Origin: Actinomycetes bacterium
Lineage (GTDB): Bacteria > Actinomycetota > Acidimicrobiia > Acidimicrobiales > Ilumatobacteraceae
DNA length: 58,109 bases
Assembly: GCA_037138315.1 (NCBI GenBank)
Contig: JBAXIP010000001.1
Location: 1-58,109 of the forward strand
Direction: 5' to 3'
Within the stretch, counting starts at the first letter, position 1; each line of letters opens with the position of its first letter. The translations under genes were made by a program, and so were the position numbers. Of this stretch, positions 44,504-54,159 are shown piece after piece. The notes under the pieces are model-generated. The model was not told the origin of the DNA and did not search any database. It saw nothing but the letters and a program-made list of their open reading frames with translations.

Positions 44504-45621
44504 AAATTCGAACATTCGCCACAACAATTTCAATTATTGGCATGTCGTCAATGATCGTCGCTTGCGGCTCAGATGACTCTTCCCAAGGTTCATCAGATAC
44601 CACCGGACCATGCCCCAGCAAGTTGACAATCCAAACGGACTGGTTCCCCGAACTCGAACATGGCGGCGTGTACCAACTCATTGGCGCCAATGGCACCGCC
44701 AGCAAAGATTCAATGTCGTACTCCGGACCTGTGCAGGCGGCATACGCAGTTGGCGGCTTACAAGAAGTTGAAATCTTGGCGAAGAACTTCGACATGCAAA
44801 ACAGCGCAGTTCTCGTCAATGGCAAAGCCGACATGGCATTCATTGGAGTCGCCGACATCATTAAAGATTCAGCGGCTATTCCACTCGTAGCAGTCGCCAA
44901 AACTCTTGATAAAGATCCGATCATGGTGATGTGGGATCCTGCACAGTTTGACATACAGAAACCGGAAGACCTTGCGACAACCGGCGCAAGTTTCATTCAC
45001 TTCCCAGGTCTTGCCTATATCGACTATTTCATCGAGAAGGGCTACATCACCGCCGATCAAAGTGATCCCAGCTACAACGGCTCAGATGCCGCGTGGGTAG
45101 CGGCATCGGGCAAATTACTACAGCAGGGTTTTGCGACCAATGAGATTTACAAATACGAAAATGACATTCCTTGGAAAGATGGCGCGCCTGCCGATGTGTC
45201 ATTCTTTACTGTCGATCAACTCGGTTATGACAACTACCCATCGTCAATCACGATGTTGAAAAGCCATGCCGTTGAATTAGATGAATGTCTTAAGCTATTT
45301 ATTCCCAAATTGGCTCAAGCCTGGGTCGATTACTACAAAAATCCAACGCCAGTCACCGATGCGATGATTGCGATCAACAACACCTATGACGGATTCTGGA
45401 GATTGAGTCCTGAACTCAATACCTTTGGGCTCAATTTGCTTGACGAATTGAAGATTGGGGCGAATAGTCCTGATGGAACCTATTGCTCATTTGATGACGC
45501 AAAGGTGCAGAAGTTGTACGACATTTTGCAGCCGATTTACTCTGCGCAAGGCGTCGAAGTCACTGATGATGCAACAACTGTGTACGACAATAGTTATTGC
45601 GCCAGTGCACCAGGTCGCTGA
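44500..45621 (+). CDS. ABC transporter substrate-binding lipoprotein (NMT1/THI5-like fold)
   Basis: Lipobox ...SSMIVACGSDD. TIQTDWFPELEHGGVYQLIG resembles NMT1/ThiY-type binding proteins. Ligand unknown. Confidence 0.7.
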   Translation: MKIRTFATTISIIGMSSMIVACGSDDSSQGSSDTTGPCPSKLTIQTDWFPELEHGGVYQLIGANGTASKDSMSYSGPVQAAYAVGGLQEVEILAKNFDMQNSAVLVNGKADMAFIGVADIIKDSAAIPLVAVAKTLDKDPIMVMWDPAQFDIQKPEDLATTGASFIHFPGLAYIDYFIEKGYITADQSDPSYNGSDAAWVAASGKLLQQGFATNEIYKYENDIPWKDGAPADVSFFTVDQLGYDNYPSSITMLKSHAVELDECLKLFIPKLAQAWVDYYKNPTPVTDAMIAINNTYDGFWRLSPELNTFGLNLLDELKIGANSPDGTYCSFDDAKVQKLYDILQPIYSAQGVEVTDDATTVYDNSYCASAPGR

Positions 45622-45644
45622 TCACTAAAAACGATCAACAGAAC

Positions 45645-46142
45645 TCAGGCGTCTTTGACGTGCCCATCACGTTGAATGAACGGATCTTTGTCGCTCCACG
45701 GGAAGTTGATCCATAAGTCAGTCTTCTTCCAGGCGTAATCGGTCTGTACTACCGAATGCGACTTTTCATACAGAACCGCCGTGCGTACTTCGCCTACTTT
45801 GCCTTCGCAAAACTTCTGCACACTGCGCAAGGTGTGTCCAGTGTCAGCCACATCATCAGCAATCAAAATTTTTGCATCACCGAGATCAACGAAGTCTGGC
45901 GCCGGCGGAAGAATGCGCGGTACTTCAAGACGTTCATCAACTCCGGTATAGAACTCCACATTCATCGTGTACACGTTCTTGACAGCAAGCGAATAACCAA
46001 GTGCTCCACCAATTAAAAGCCCACCGCGAGCAATCGACAAAATCATGTCGGGGTCATAACCATCTTCGGCCACCATCTGGGCCAAGGCACGTGAGGCCTG
46101 TCCAAAGATTTCCCATGTCATGATCTCGCGCTCGTTACTCAC
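45645..46142 (-). CDS. Purine phosphoribosyltransferase (Gpt-like)
   Basis: PRPP motif KILIADDVADTGHTL, N-terminal MTWEIFGQASRALA and C-terminal WINFPW, all resembling xanthine-guanine PRTase. I chose GTG 46142 (GAAGGGA 6 nt upstream); the track start 46217 is less likely. Confidence 0.7.
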   Translation of the reverse strand: MSNEREIMTWEIFGQASRALAQMVAEDGYDPDMILSIARGGLLIGGALGYSLAVKNVYTMNVEFYTGVDERLEVPRILPPAPDFVDLGDAKILIADDVADTGHTLRSVQKFCEGKVGEVRTAVLYEKSHSVVQTDYAWKKTDLWINFPWSDKDPFIQRDGHVKDA

Positions 46143-46266
46143 AAGTGTCCCTTCAAAGTACTCAGGCCCGTACGCCCTTCGCTCATCACAAATGTAGACG
46201 CTGATGCCCAACTGCACCCCATCGCCCCGCTGAACAAGTTGTAAAGCGAGACCCCTTGGCGTTGGG

Positions 46267-47079
46267 TTACTCGACGGTAATGCCCTTCAGAGAATCGTCT
46301 GGAGCGGGTACTTGCGGGTCCATTGTTTGGAGCGCGTTCAAAATGATTTTGGCGACGATCAGATCGCGTGACCATTTCACATCGGCCGGAACGACATACC
46401 AGGGCGCATAGGGCCGCGACGTCTCGCGCATCACGTCTTCATAAGCATTTTCGTACAACGGCCAAATCTTGCGATCAGTCAAGTCGCTCGGGTCGTGCTT
46501 CCAACTACTTTCGGGATTATCAATGCGCTTTTGCAAACGTTCCCGTTGCACTTCGTGTGACACATGCAAATAGAACTTGATGACCTTGGTGCCTTCGTCG
46601 ACCAACATGTGCTCAAAATCACGAATATGGCGGTAACGACGAGACCAAGTTTCATCGTCGACAAGGTTCTTGACCCGTGGCACCAAAATGTCTTCGTAGT
46701 GACTGCGATTCCACACCCCAACCTCACCCTTAGCCGGACAGGCGGCGTGGCAACGCCATAAGTAATCGTGCATGCGTTCAGTACCTGCGGGAACCTTAAA
46801 ACTCGTCACCTGAACACCGGCCGGATTCATTCCGGTCATGACATGGCGCACGAGACCGTCCTTACCTGATGCATCACGGCCCTGCAGAACGATGAGCAAA
46901 CTCTGTTTGGCTTCGGCCATTAAGCGGTGTTGTTCAAAAGACATCAGGCTGATGGTTTTAGCCAACTCACCTTTGGCTGATTCTTTATCCCAGCCCAAAG
47001 TGTCGTTAGTCGGGAATGACCCGAGCGACAATGGCTTGCCTGCAGCCACAAGAAACTTACGCATTAATTTATCGGCCAC
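46267..47079 (-). CDS. Polyphosphate kinase 2 family (polyphosphate:nucleotide phosphotransferase)
   Basis: LIVLQGRDASGKDG (Walker A-like), WNRSHYEDILV and the lid region; single-domain size (270 aa). Confidence 0.85.
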   Translation of the reverse strand: MADKLMRKFLVAAGKPLSLGSFPTNDTLGWDKESAKGELAKTISLMSFEQHRLMAEAKQSLLIVLQGRDASGKDGLVRHVMTGMNPAGVQVTSFKVPAGTERMHDYLWRCHAACPAKGEVGVWNRSHYEDILVPRVKNLVDDETWSRRYRHIRDFEHMLVDEGTKVIKFYLHVSHEVQRERLQKRIDNPESSWKHDPSDLTDRKIWPLYENAYEDVMRETSRPYAPWYVVPADVKWSRDLIVAKIILNALQTMDPQVPAPDDSLKGITVE

Positions 47080-47106
47080 ATCAACTCCAAAACTTTCCTG
47101 GTATCT

Positions 47107-47349
47107 CTAAGGTAATTGCTCGTACGGGCAATGTCGGCAACCACTCACGCAGCAATAGTCGCGATCGGCCAAAAATTTGGCGGTAAATACCGTGTAGCCA
47201 CTCAAAGGGTCTCGATACGTCGGCCGAAGCCGACTGACTGCTTCGCGATGCAAGGTCATAATCGTCGCAAATCGAGGATGATCAGAGTTCAAACGACGCG
47301 GTAGTGGTAACTCAACCCCATCTTTTCGCAGTTTTGCCTGATCAGCCAT
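47107..47349 (-). CDS. DUF5522-like small protein (C-terminal CCxSGCRHCPY)
   Basis: Only the last 80 aa of the 245-aa track ORF look genuine (MADQAKLRKD...YCCVSGCRHCPYEQLP). The upstream part is antisense to the binding-protein gene and low-complexity. Confidence 0.55.
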   Translation of the reverse strand: MADQAKLRKDGVELPLPRRLNSDHPRFATIMTLHREAVSRLRPTYRDPLSGYTVFTAKFLADRDYCCVSGCRHCPYEQLP

Positions 47350-47512
47350 CTTTCTATTGTCGCCCGAATACCCCGCCGATGACTGATCAATGGGCGCCAA
47401 ATTCCAGAAAGATAATTCGTATAAGTTGCAAAAGTGCGTTACTATCGTCACATTGTAGACCGCGCTACGGGTCTGCCGAATTGCCACAAGGCACCATAAA
47501 CAAGGGGGAAAC

Positions 47513-49246
47513 TTGAAAATATATGGACAGTCCAGTCGGCGTACCCGCCGAATTTTAGGAGCAACAGTCGTTGGCTTACTTTCAGTGGTCGCTGTCGCTT
47601 GCGGTGGAGATGACTCAAGTAGTTCAAATTCTTCACCCACCGAAACCGCAGCGCCGACCGATTCAGGTGCTCCATCAACCGATGCACCTGCTGACGAAAC
47701 ACCAGTAACTGGTGGAACCTTGCGCGTCGGCCTCGAAGCCGATGTTGACGGCCTCAACCCGACCGCTTCGGCACTTGCCGTTGCTGGTCTGACCATGGCT
47801 TCAGCGGTATTCGACCCGTTGTTTACCTTCGATGTTGATGGCAACGCCGTACCTTATTTGGCCGAATCAATTGAGCCATCTGCCGACTTCATGGTGTGGA
47901 CCATGAAATTGCGCGCTGGCGTGGTCTTCCACGATGGAACGCCTCTCACCACTGACGCAGTCATCAAGCAGTTCGAAATTACTCGCGCCGACCCGCTCGT
48001 CGGATTGGCAGTACGCCCGTACTACCCCGAGACCGGCGCCGTTGTGAAGATTGATGATCTGACAATGGAGTTCCACCCGCTTGAGGCGAACCAATTCTTC
48101 CCGACAGCATTGACCGCTCAATTGGGATACATCGCTTCACCGGTTTGGCTTGATGCACTCGTTGCTGACCCGACACTGGAACAGCAGCCAGTCGGAACTG
48201 GACCGTTCAAGTTTGATAGCCGAACTGAAGACTCGGTCACCAAGTTTGTCCGTAACGACAACTGGTGGGGTACCGACATCATCGGACCGACCTATCTTGA
48301 CGCCGTCGAGTTCTACCCAGTGACCGATCCCGATACTCGTACCGAGATGATTCAAAATGACCAACTGGACATCCTGCACACCACTGACACCAATCAGTTC
48401 CAGACATACCGCGATGACCCGACGCTCACCACGAGTATTGACGACAACGGCGAAGAGTACTTCTTAATGATCAACACCGCCAAGGCTCCATTTGATGACG
48501 TTCGCGTCCGCAAAGCATTGGCACTCGCAACTGATCGTCAGGGCTACTACGACTTGTTCAACTCTGGTGAAGGCCGCATGGCTGATCAGATGTTCACGCC
48601 CGACAGCCCGTACTTCAACGCCGACGTTACGCAAGAAGGAAATGATCCTGCAGGCGCTGCTGCCCTTGTCGCTGAATACTGCGGCGAGAATCCAGTTGAC
48701 GATGCCGGCGTGGCACAGTGCACCGATGGAAAAGTCAACATGGAATACCAGTGGTCTGGCCCCTCGGTCTTGGCAACTCGTATCGCCGACTTCTACAACG
48801 AGAACTGGAAAGCTTCGTTCAATGTGACATTCGATGAGAAGTCACAGGCCGACAACATTCAAGAAGCTGCGCTTGGTATCTACAACGTGGTGGGCTGGCG
48901 TCAATTTGGTGCCGAAAACCCCGGTGACGACCGTGTCTGGCTCGAGTGCCGCAACATTGGTGGTATTTCACTCAACTGGCCGCGCTATTGCGATGATGCT
49001 CGTGATGCTTTGATCAAGGAGATCGCTAATCCGGCATCGCCAGAGGAGCGCGTTGGTTCGATCCAGAAATTGGTCCAGAACCTCCACGATTCTTACGCCT
49101 ACGTTTTCATGACTCACTCGTCGTGGGCTATCGTCAGCACCGACAAGGTTCACGGAAATTGTGATCGCAAGTCACCCGATGGCAATGCCCTCGTGTGCTC
49201 AATCAACGGTCGTATGTTCTTCCAGTCAACTTGGCTTTCCAGCTGA
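47513..49246 (+). CDS. ABC transporter substrate-binding lipoprotein, family 5 (peptide/nickel type)
   Basis: TTG start with AAGGGGGAA upstream; lipobox VAVACGGDD. The size and TGGTLRVGLEADVDGLNP... pattern match the DppA/OppA family. Confidence 0.85.
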   Translation: MKIYGQSSRRTRRILGATVVGLLSVVAVACGGDDSSSSNSSPTETAAPTDSGAPSTDAPADETPVTGGTLRVGLEADVDGLNPTASALAVAGLTMASAVFDPLFTFDVDGNAVPYLAESIEPSADFMVWTMKLRAGVVFHDGTPLTTDAVIKQFEITRADPLVGLAVRPYYPETGAVVKIDDLTMEFHPLEANQFFPTALTAQLGYIASPVWLDALVADPTLEQQPVGTGPFKFDSRTEDSVTKFVRNDNWWGTDIIGPTYLDAVEFYPVTDPDTRTEMIQNDQLDILHTTDTNQFQTYRDDPTLTTSIDDNGEEYFLMINTAKAPFDDVRVRKALALATDRQGYYDLFNSGEGRMADQMFTPDSPYFNADVTQEGNDPAGAAALVAEYCGENPVDDAGVAQCTDGKVNMEYQWSGPSVLATRIADFYNENWKASFNVTFDEKSQADNIQEAALGIYNVVGWRQFGAENPGDDRVWLECRNIGGISLNWPRYCDDARDALIKEIANPASPEERVGSIQKLVQNLHDSYAYVFMTHSSWAIVSTDKVHGNCDRKSPDGNALVCSINGRMFFQSTWLSS

Positions 49247-49283
49247 GTCATTAATTCGACCTTAGAAAGAGTCAATTAGTTTC

Positions 49284-50240
49284 ATGCGTTATTACGTTCA
49301 AAGGGTCGCCTTAGCTATTCTTCTTCTCCTGGCAGTGAGCATGCTCACGTTCGGAGCGTTGAATATTTTGGGCGACCCTTTGTTCAATATTCTTGGACCC
49401 GTTGCCGGCGATGTAAATAATCCCGACAGCATCAAAATGATCGCCTTGGCCAAGAAAGAATTCAATCTCGATCGAGCCCTGCCAGTGCGTTACTTCATTT
49501 GGTTGTCGCATTTTGTTCGGGGAGATTTTGGCGTCACTTTCAGTTCCACTGGTCAACCCCCAGTTTCAGGCGTCATTAGTGAACGCCTCCCACGAACTAT
49601 TTCCCTGGTTTTTCTCGCCCAAATGTTCGCCATCTTGGTTTCAATACCTTGGGCGATTATCGCAGCTGCACGAGCCGGAAAAATCAGCGATCGTATTTCA
49701 ACGATCAACGCTTTTTTCTTAGTCGCGATGCCCAACTTCGCAATTGCCGTGATCTTGAAGTTTGTCTTCAGTCTCAAACTTGGCTGGACCCCAATTACTT
49801 ACGTGGCTGATGATCCGCTCCATAGTCGCTTGTTCCAATTACTTCTCCCCGCCCTCACTATCGGTCTTCCTGTTGCCGCTGTGTATCAGCGACTTTTGCG
49901 CACCGATCTCATTACGACGTTGCAACAAGACTTCATCCTCTTGGCCCGCACCAAAGGATTGTCCAAAACTCGCATCCTTTTTGTCCATGCGCTTCGACCA
50001 TCGCTCTTTTCATTCATCACTGTGGTCGGGCTCAATACCGGCGCACTGATTGGTGGATCAATCGTTGCCGAAACGGTATTCCGAATTCCGGGTATCGGCT
50101 CAACACTTGTTGAATCAATTTTCCGCAATGACTTCCCCGTTGTTCTAGCGATTGTCATGATTGTCGCTTCGGCCTTTGTTGTCATCAACTTATTAGTTGA
50201 CTTTGCCTACACCCTGATCGATCCGAGAGTCCGTCGATGA
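49284..50240 (+). CDS. ABC transporter permease (DppB/OppB-like)
   Basis: 318 aa. The N-terminus YVQRVALAILLLLAVSMLTF and the EAA-loop region (LARTKGLSKTRILFVHALRPSL) match. Confidence 0.85.
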   Translation: MRYYVQRVALAILLLLAVSMLTFGALNILGDPLFNILGPVAGDVNNPDSIKMIALAKKEFNLDRALPVRYFIWLSHFVRGDFGVTFSSTGQPPVSGVISERLPRTISLVFLAQMFAILVSIPWAIIAAARAGKISDRISTINAFFLVAMPNFAIAVILKFVFSLKLGWTPITYVADDPLHSRLFQLLLPALTIGLPVAAVYQRLLRTDLITTLQQDFILLARTKGLSKTRILFVHALRPSLFSFITVVGLNTGALIGGSIVAETVFRIPGIGSTLVESIFRNDFPVVLAIVMIVASAFVVINLLVDFAYTLIDPRVRR

Positions 50241-51115
50241 CTACTACTTCTGTGACACCCGCGCCCGAAGACGCAATTGTGCGCAAAAAACTTGGCTTTG
50301 GTTTTTGGTTATGCGTGATTTGGGTCGGACTCATGGCCTTCATCGCGATTTTTGCCCCGGTTTTGCCGCTCAAGAGCCCTACTGCCAACTTCATTAATTC
50401 AGCCCAAGGACGTCCTCCATATGCCCCATCATGGAGCCATTGGTTTGGCACCGATAAAGATGCTCGCGATGTATTTTCCCGTTCGATGTTTGGTGCGCGA
50501 ATTTCACTCACGGTCGGTTTTACGGCAATCACTGCCGGATTCCTCATCGGTGGAACACTTGGCGTGATCTCTGGTTACTACAAAGGCTGGATTGACCGCG
50601 TTAGTTCATTCGGGTTCATTGTTCTTTTGTCTTTCCCTTCACTGGTGCTAGCAATCTTGCTCACCTCACTCATTGACCGAAACTTGTTAACGGTTTCATT
50701 GGTTCTCGGTTTGCTCGCCATTGCTCCGGTCGGACGACTTGCCCGTGCTGCCACTTTGCAATATGCCGATCGCGAGTTTGTTTTAGCAGCGCGACAGATC
50801 GGTGCGACCAATCGTCGCATCATCATCAAAGAGATCCTTCCCAACGTGGCCATCCCGATGTCGTCGCTGGCGTTACTTGGTATGGCCGTCGCTGTCGTCG
50901 CCGAAGGCGGGTTAGCTTTCCTCGGTTTCTCGGTGCAAAAAGGCATCACTTGGGGCGGACTCATCCAACTTGGATCAGATGCTTCAAAGACCCTACAGAA
51001 CGCTCCATGGATCGCGTTCTTCCCCATCTTGATGTTGTTTTTAACCGTGTTGTCATTGAACTTCGCTGGTGATCGTTTACGCACTTACTTCGATGTCAAA
51101 GAGACCACGCTATGA
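50237..51115 (+). CDS. ABC transporter permease (DppC/OppC-like)
   Basis: 292 aa. GTDKDARDVFSR, REFVLAARQIGATNRRIIIKEILPN. It has 4-nt overlaps with its neighbours. Confidence 0.85.
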   Translation: MTTTSVTPAPEDAIVRKKLGFGFWLCVIWVGLMAFIAIFAPVLPLKSPTANFINSAQGRPPYAPSWSHWFGTDKDARDVFSRSMFGARISLTVGFTAITAGFLIGGTLGVISGYYKGWIDRVSSFGFIVLLSFPSLVLAILLTSLIDRNLLTVSLVLGLLAIAPVGRLARAATLQYADREFVLAARQIGATNRRIIIKEILPNVAIPMSSLALLGMAVAVVAEGGLAFLGFSVQKGITWGGLIQLGSDASKTLQNAPWIAFFPILMLFLTVLSLNFAGDRLRTYFDVKETTL

Positions 51116-52185
51116 GCCAAATAGATTTGGTCCGCTCTGAACACGAGCCGCTTATTGAGACGATTGATGTGAAGACCCACTTCAAAACACCTCGCGGTAT
51201 TGCGCGAGCAGTCGATGGAGTATCAATTCAAATTCGTCGCGGACAATCTCTTGGAGTTGTCGGCGAATCTGGTTCGGGTAAAACCGTTTTGTCGCGTTCG
51301 ATCATGGGACTATTGCCTCGCAATGGTGTGATCCGCGAAGGATCAGTGCGCTATCGAGGTCAAGAAATCGGCAACAGCTCCGATAAAGAAATGCAAAGCA
51401 TTTGGGGCCGAGAGATGGCGATGATCTTTCAAGACCCCATGACGTCACTTAACCCAGTGATGAAAATCGGCAAACAGATCACCGAATCTCTCCGCAAAAA
51501 CTTGAGTATGTCATCTTCTGAAGCCATGGCAGTCGCCGAAAGACTGATGCACGATGTTCGAATTCCTGAACCAGCACGTCGCTTAAACCAATACCCGCAC
51601 GAACTCTCGGGCGGAATGCGCCAACGAGTCATGATCGCGATTGCCATGGCGTGTGGTCCCAACATGTTGTTTGCCGATGAACCCACAACTGCACTTGACG
51701 TCACGGTGCAAGCGCAGATTCTCGAATTATTGAGTGAGCAAAAACGAGATCGCAACATGTCGCTATTACTCGTGACGCACAACCTTGGTGTTGTTGCTGG
51801 CTACACCGATGAGATCGCCGTGATGTACGGCGGCAAAGTCGTCGAGAAGGCACCCACCAAGACATTGTTTGCCAATACCAAAATGCCGTACACCGAAGCA
51901 TTGCTCAGCAGCATCCCGCGTCTTGATCAACCTTCGCACTCACGCCTCTCAACCATTCCTGGTCGTCCACCAGACATTGTTCACCCACCAAAGGGTTGTC
52001 GTTTTGCCCCTCGTTGCGCGTATGTCCGCGATTTGTGCCTGAACGAAGAACCAGAACTTCAGCAAGCCGATTCACCCGATCACACGTATCGCTGTTTCTA
52101 CCCAGTCGGTTCACCTGAATACTTAGAACGCCGCGTCGAATTAACCCGCAAGGGCGAAGTTGTTGTGTCTGGAGGATCGAGCTAA
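51112..52185 (+). CDS. Oligopeptide/dipeptide ABC transporter ATP-binding protein (DppD/OppD-like)
   Basis: GESGSGKT, LSGGMRQR, LFADEPTTALD and a C-terminal oligo_HPY-type GCRFAPRC. Confidence 0.9.
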   Translation: MSQIDLVRSEHEPLIETIDVKTHFKTPRGIARAVDGVSIQIRRGQSLGVVGESGSGKTVLSRSIMGLLPRNGVIREGSVRYRGQEIGNSSDKEMQSIWGREMAMIFQDPMTSLNPVMKIGKQITESLRKNLSMSSSEAMAVAERLMHDVRIPEPARRLNQYPHELSGGMRQRVMIAIAMACGPNMLFADEPTTALDVTVQAQILELLSEQKRDRNMSLLLVTHNLGVVAGYTDEIAVMYGGKVVEKAPTKTLFANTKMPYTEALLSSIPRLDQPSHSRLSTIPGRPPDIVHPPKGCRFAPRCAYVRDLCLNEEPELQQADSPDHTYRCFYPVGSPEYLERRVELTRKGEVVVSGGSS

Positions 52186-53210
52186 TGGCTGGCACAGGTA
52201 AAGCTCATCTTCGCGATGACAAAAACGTTCTCTTACGAGTTGAAGACCTCGTTGTTGAATTCCCTATTGGCCGTACCGGCCTCAAGGTCAACGCAGTGAG
52301 TGGAATCTCCTTCGACGTTCTTAAAGGCGAGACTCTCGGCATTGTGGGCGAATCAGGCTGCGGTAAGAGCACTACTGGCCGCTCCATTATGCAGCTTCCG
52401 AGCCCGACATCTGGCTCGATCATGTTTGATGGCACCGAACTCACCTCATTGTCAGGTGAAGCGATGCGTGAAGCTCGCACCAAAATTCAAATGATCTTTC
52501 AAGATCCGATTTCATCGCTCAACCCTCGCCGGAACGTTCGCGACATTGTGCTTGAACCTCTGTCAATCTGGAAGCGTGGCACGAATGCCGAGCAGCTTGC
52601 GGCGGTCGACAAGATTCTTGAACACGTTGGCATTGATCCACAACGCGCCGCCGAAAGTAAGCCCCACCAATTCTCTGGTGGTCAATGTCAGCGCATCTCC
52701 ATAGCGCGCTCACTAGTGCTCAATCCACAAATGATTATTTGTGACGAGCCAGTATCGGCCCTAGACGTCAGCGTGCAGGCTCAGGTGGTCAACCTTCTCG
52801 AAGACCTGAAAAAGCAATTCGAGTTGACGCTTGTATTCATTGCTCATGACTTGGCTGTCGTCAAAAACATTAGTGATCGCATTGCCGTGATGTACCTCGG
52901 AAAGATTTGCGAAGTCTCCAGCAGCGACGATCTCTATCGCAACCCTGCCCACCCCTATACCGATGTCTTGCTGTCATCGATTCCAGTACCCGACCCTACC
53001 GTTGCGGTCAAAAAGGTCGTAGTCGACGGCGAACCGCCATCGCCGGTTTCGCCACCTGCTGGTTGTCGCTTCAACCCACGTTGCCCCAATGCATCAGATC
53101 GTTGCCGCAGCGAAGAACCGACATTGCGCGAAATCGAGCCCGCTCACTTCGTGGCTTGTCACCATCCGCTCACTGGCGGCGAAGCACCCGTTTCAGTGCA
53201 CGTCAAATAA
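52185..53210 (+). CDS. Oligopeptide/dipeptide ABC transporter ATP-binding protein (DppF/OppF-like)
   Basis: GESGCGKST, FSGGQCQR, IICDEPVSALD and a C-terminal GCRFNPRC. Confidence 0.9.
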   Translation: MAGTGKAHLRDDKNVLLRVEDLVVEFPIGRTGLKVNAVSGISFDVLKGETLGIVGESGCGKSTTGRSIMQLPSPTSGSIMFDGTELTSLSGEAMREARTKIQMIFQDPISSLNPRRNVRDIVLEPLSIWKRGTNAEQLAAVDKILEHVGIDPQRAAESKPHQFSGGQCQRISIARSLVLNPQMIICDEPVSALDVSVQAQVVNLLEDLKKQFELTLVFIAHDLAVVKNISDRIAVMYLGKICEVSSSDDLYRNPAHPYTDVLLSSIPVPDPTVAVKKVVVDGEPPSPVSPPAGCRFNPRCPNASDRCRSEEPTLREIEPAHFVACHHPLTGGEAPVSVHVK

Positions 53211-53236
53211 GGCGTTACAAATTCGGTCCTCCAGAT

Positions 53237-54082
53237 TTACTTGTTCTGAAAATTTGGTGGTCGCTTTTCCATAAAGGCCATCATCGCCTCGCGGGCATCG
53301 TCTGAACGACTTACCATTATTTGTTGACGATTCTCTAAATCTATAGCTGATTGCATTGCCGGTATCTCGAGAGCCGTCCACATCGCTTCTTTGGTGAGCG
53401 CAACACCAAACGGAGTATTGAGCATGATCTGTTCGGCCTTGGCGATCGCGACTTTTTCGAGATCACTATCGGTAACGCGATCAACAAGTAGGCCAATGCG
53501 ATACGCCTCAGCAGAATCAATCACTCGTCCGGTCAACATCATCTCTTGCGCTCGAGCGACTCCAACGATGCGCGGCAATAGCCAAGACGTCCCGATATCG
53601 CAAGCCGAGAAACCAACGCGAATGAATGCCACGTTGAACTTTGATGATTCGGCTCCGATTCGAATGTCACTGCCCAGCACTAGCGCCAACCCTCCGCCAG
53701 CTGCTGCTCCATTGACTGCAGCAATAATCGGCTGCGGAATCGAACGCATATGCGACATCAAACCAGCAATGTGTTTTTGTACGGCAAATGACCTCTGCAC
53801 AGCGCCAAAATCTTCGGTATTTGGCGCATCTCCGTATCCAGTCAGATCAAGTCCAGCACAAAAACCCCGACCCGCTCCCGTCAAAATGACGACTCGGCAA
53901 TCGCCGTCAATCGCAATGCGATCAAGCACCTGATGCAGTCCCTCAACAAGTTCGGTCGTCATGGCATTGAGTCGCTCCGGGCGGTTCAACCGAATCACTA
54001 TCACTCCATGGATTGGCCGCTCAAGGATGATGACTGGTGTTGGTGACTGGGCAGGGCTCATGTAGACATTCTGCCGACTCAC
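53237..54082 (-). CDS. Enoyl-CoA hydratase/isomerase (crotonase) family, second copy
   Basis: VIRLNRPERLNAM, FCAGLDL, AVNGAAAGGGLALVLGSDIR. The start is 54082 or the internal ATG 54061. Confidence 0.85.
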   Translation of the reverse strand: MSRQNVYMSPAQSPTPVIILERPIHGVIVIRLNRPERLNAMTTELVEGLHQVLDRIAIDGDCRVVILTGAGRGFCAGLDLTGYGDAPNTEDFGAVQRSFAVQKHIAGLMSHMRSIPQPIIAAVNGAAAGGGLALVLGSDIRIGAESSKFNVAFIRVGFSACDIGTSWLLPRIVGVARAQEMMLTGRVIDSAEAYRIGLLVDRVTDSDLEKVAIAKAEQIMLNTPFGVALTKEAMWTALEIPAMQSAIDLENRQQIMVSRSDDAREAMMAFMEKRPPNFQNK

Positions 54083-54159
54083 GTCATGCCACTACTAGTC
54101 CTGATAACCCAAGCGCCGAAGCGACCCGTGTTAGCGTCGTGATGTGCGCTTTTGTACGC

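Noticed and set aside
47350-47844. N-terminal 165 aa of the 245-aa track ORF 47107..47844
   Set aside because: This part is Ala/Ser/Val/Pro-rich and antisense to the signal-peptide region of the binding-protein gene. Only the last 80 aa (from ATG 47349) resemble a real DUF5522-type protein.
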